Source of the DNA: an uncultured delta proteobacterium
Lineage (GTDB): Bacteria > Myxococcota_A > Polyangia > Polyangiales > Polyangiaceae
Reading direction: 5' to 3'
DNA length: 64,000 nucleotides
Assembly: GCA_963850305.1 (NCBI GenBank)
Contig: CAWKKR010000006.1
Span: forward strand, 192,001 to 256,000
Shown: piece after piece, positions 62,858 through 64,000 of the stretch
How the letters are laid out: every line of letters starts with the position of its first letter
Position numbering within the stretch: the first letter of the stretch is position 1
Notes under the pieces: generated by a model
Databases searched by the model: none
The model's input: only the letters and a program-made list of their open reading frames with translations
What the model was told of the DNA's origin: nothing
Program-made: the position numbers and the translations under genes

Positions 62858-63448
62858 GTGTCACGGTGTCATACTCTGCTGCTCGCCGGATTCCTTGGAG
62901 GCTGCGCCGCCAGAGACGCTCGTTCGACGACGGCGCTCGACGCTGGGGCTTCGGACCCGAACCCTGGCGCGGTCCTTTTTTTCGAGGGACGTGCCGCGGC
63001 GGCAAGAGGGGACTCGATCCGGGCTGAGCAATATCTATCGCTCGCCGCAGAGCGTGGCTATGACCGTCGGGCGGCCCTGTCCGTTCTGCTGCAAGCCTGC
63101 GTGTCCAGCTTGCATCTTCGTGCGGCGCTCGACCACGCAGAAGCATACCTGCTCGATCATCCCGACGACGCGAGGCTCCGCTACCTCGTCGCGACGATCC
63201 ACGTCGGCCTCGGGCAACGCAAGGAAGCCAGGGAGGAACTCGAACGCGTCTTGAAGGAGAAGGACGGCATGGCGGAAGCCCATCTCTTGCTTGGGGTTCT
63301 GTCCGTCGAGATCAACGCGGGCCTCGCGCATCGCGAGTTTGTCCGGTACCTGGAGCTCGCTCCGCATGGCTCGCGCCGCGAGGAGGTCCAGAGTCGCATC
63401 GCCGAGCTCGAGGTCTCCCGGTCGCGGAGAGGACAGGCCAGACAATGA
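62858..63448 (+). CDS. TPR lipoprotein (TadD/pilotin-like)
   Basis: LGGC lipobox; TPR pattern, YLELAP. Confidence 0.75.
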   Translation: MSRCHTLLLAGFLGGCAARDARSTTALDAGASDPNPGAVLFFEGRAAAARGDSIRAEQYLSLAAERGYDRRAALSVLLQACVSSLHLRAALDHAEAYLLDHPDDARLRYLVATIHVGLGQRKEAREELERVLKEKDGMAEAHLLLGVLSVEINAGLAHREFVRYLELAPHGSRREEVQSRIAELEVSRSRRGQARQ

Positions 63449-64000
63449 TTCCACTAGGTGTCTTCGAAGGTGCCATCCGCGGCTTTCTCGCGCCCATTGC
63501 TCCCCTTCTAGAGGACGACTCCGTGACGGAGGTCCTCGTGAACGGCCCGTCCGAGGTGTTCGTCGAGCGCGCGGGCGTCCTGCGGCGCACCGAGCGGCGG
63601 TTCGAGTCAGTCGAACAGTTGACCTCGGCGCTAAGAGTCATCGCGCAGTACGCGGGCCGGAGCTTCGATGAACGGCGTCCCATCCTCGAGGCTTGGCTGC
63701 CGGACGGTGCACGGATCGAAGCCCTTCTTCCCCGATCGCTCCCGCCGGACCTTGCGTCGCGATCCGACGGTTTTCGAAAGAACGACTCACGATCGACAAG
63801 CTGCTCGCGTCGGGCGCACTGACGCGAGACGTGGCCGAGACTCTGCGCATCCTCGTAGCGTGCAAGCGAAACATCGTGGTCGCCGGCGGAACTGGCTCCG
63901 GCAAAACGTCGATGCTGAACGTTCTCTCGGCCTTCGTTCCGGCGGAGGAACGCATCATCGTGCTCGAAGACACGCGGGAACTGTCTCTGCAGCGCGAACA
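63445..64000 (+). CDS. Second CpaF/TadA ATPase (partial, frameshift near 63733)
   Basis: DDSVTEVLVNG; the shifted frame gives IRRFS, GGTGSGKT, ERIIVLED. Confidence 0.85.

Overview
GC-rich bacterial chromosomal window. Gene content suggests Myxococcota/Polyangiaceae (inference). In order: GldF/GldG/DUF4340 ABC operon; AurF-like diiron oxygenase-kinase-sigma54 activator operon; vapBC remnant; three secreted hydrolases; a 21/42-bp tandem array; a menaquinone cluster (menG-F-D-H-A ... C-E, no menB) split by a lipoprotein gene carrying an ISKra4-like IS with a 9-bp target duplication on its start codon; ccmH, a UvrD helicase and a Lys-rich microprotein; an Rrf2-cysK-moeB-moaD-cysM-JAMM sulfur-carrier operon; housekeeping genes (miaB, thiS, argC, hisS, ruvX, mltG, tkt); and a 12-kb Tad/Kil-like pilus locus with two ATPases. 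The most unusual signal is a ~350-bp self-complementary element present twice in direct orientation around the men cluster. One copy is empty. The other is split at a small hairpin by a four-helix-bundle gene and an ISAs1 remnant. Many single-base frameshifts suggest long-read indel errors. All calls come from motif recognition by eye; no searches were run.
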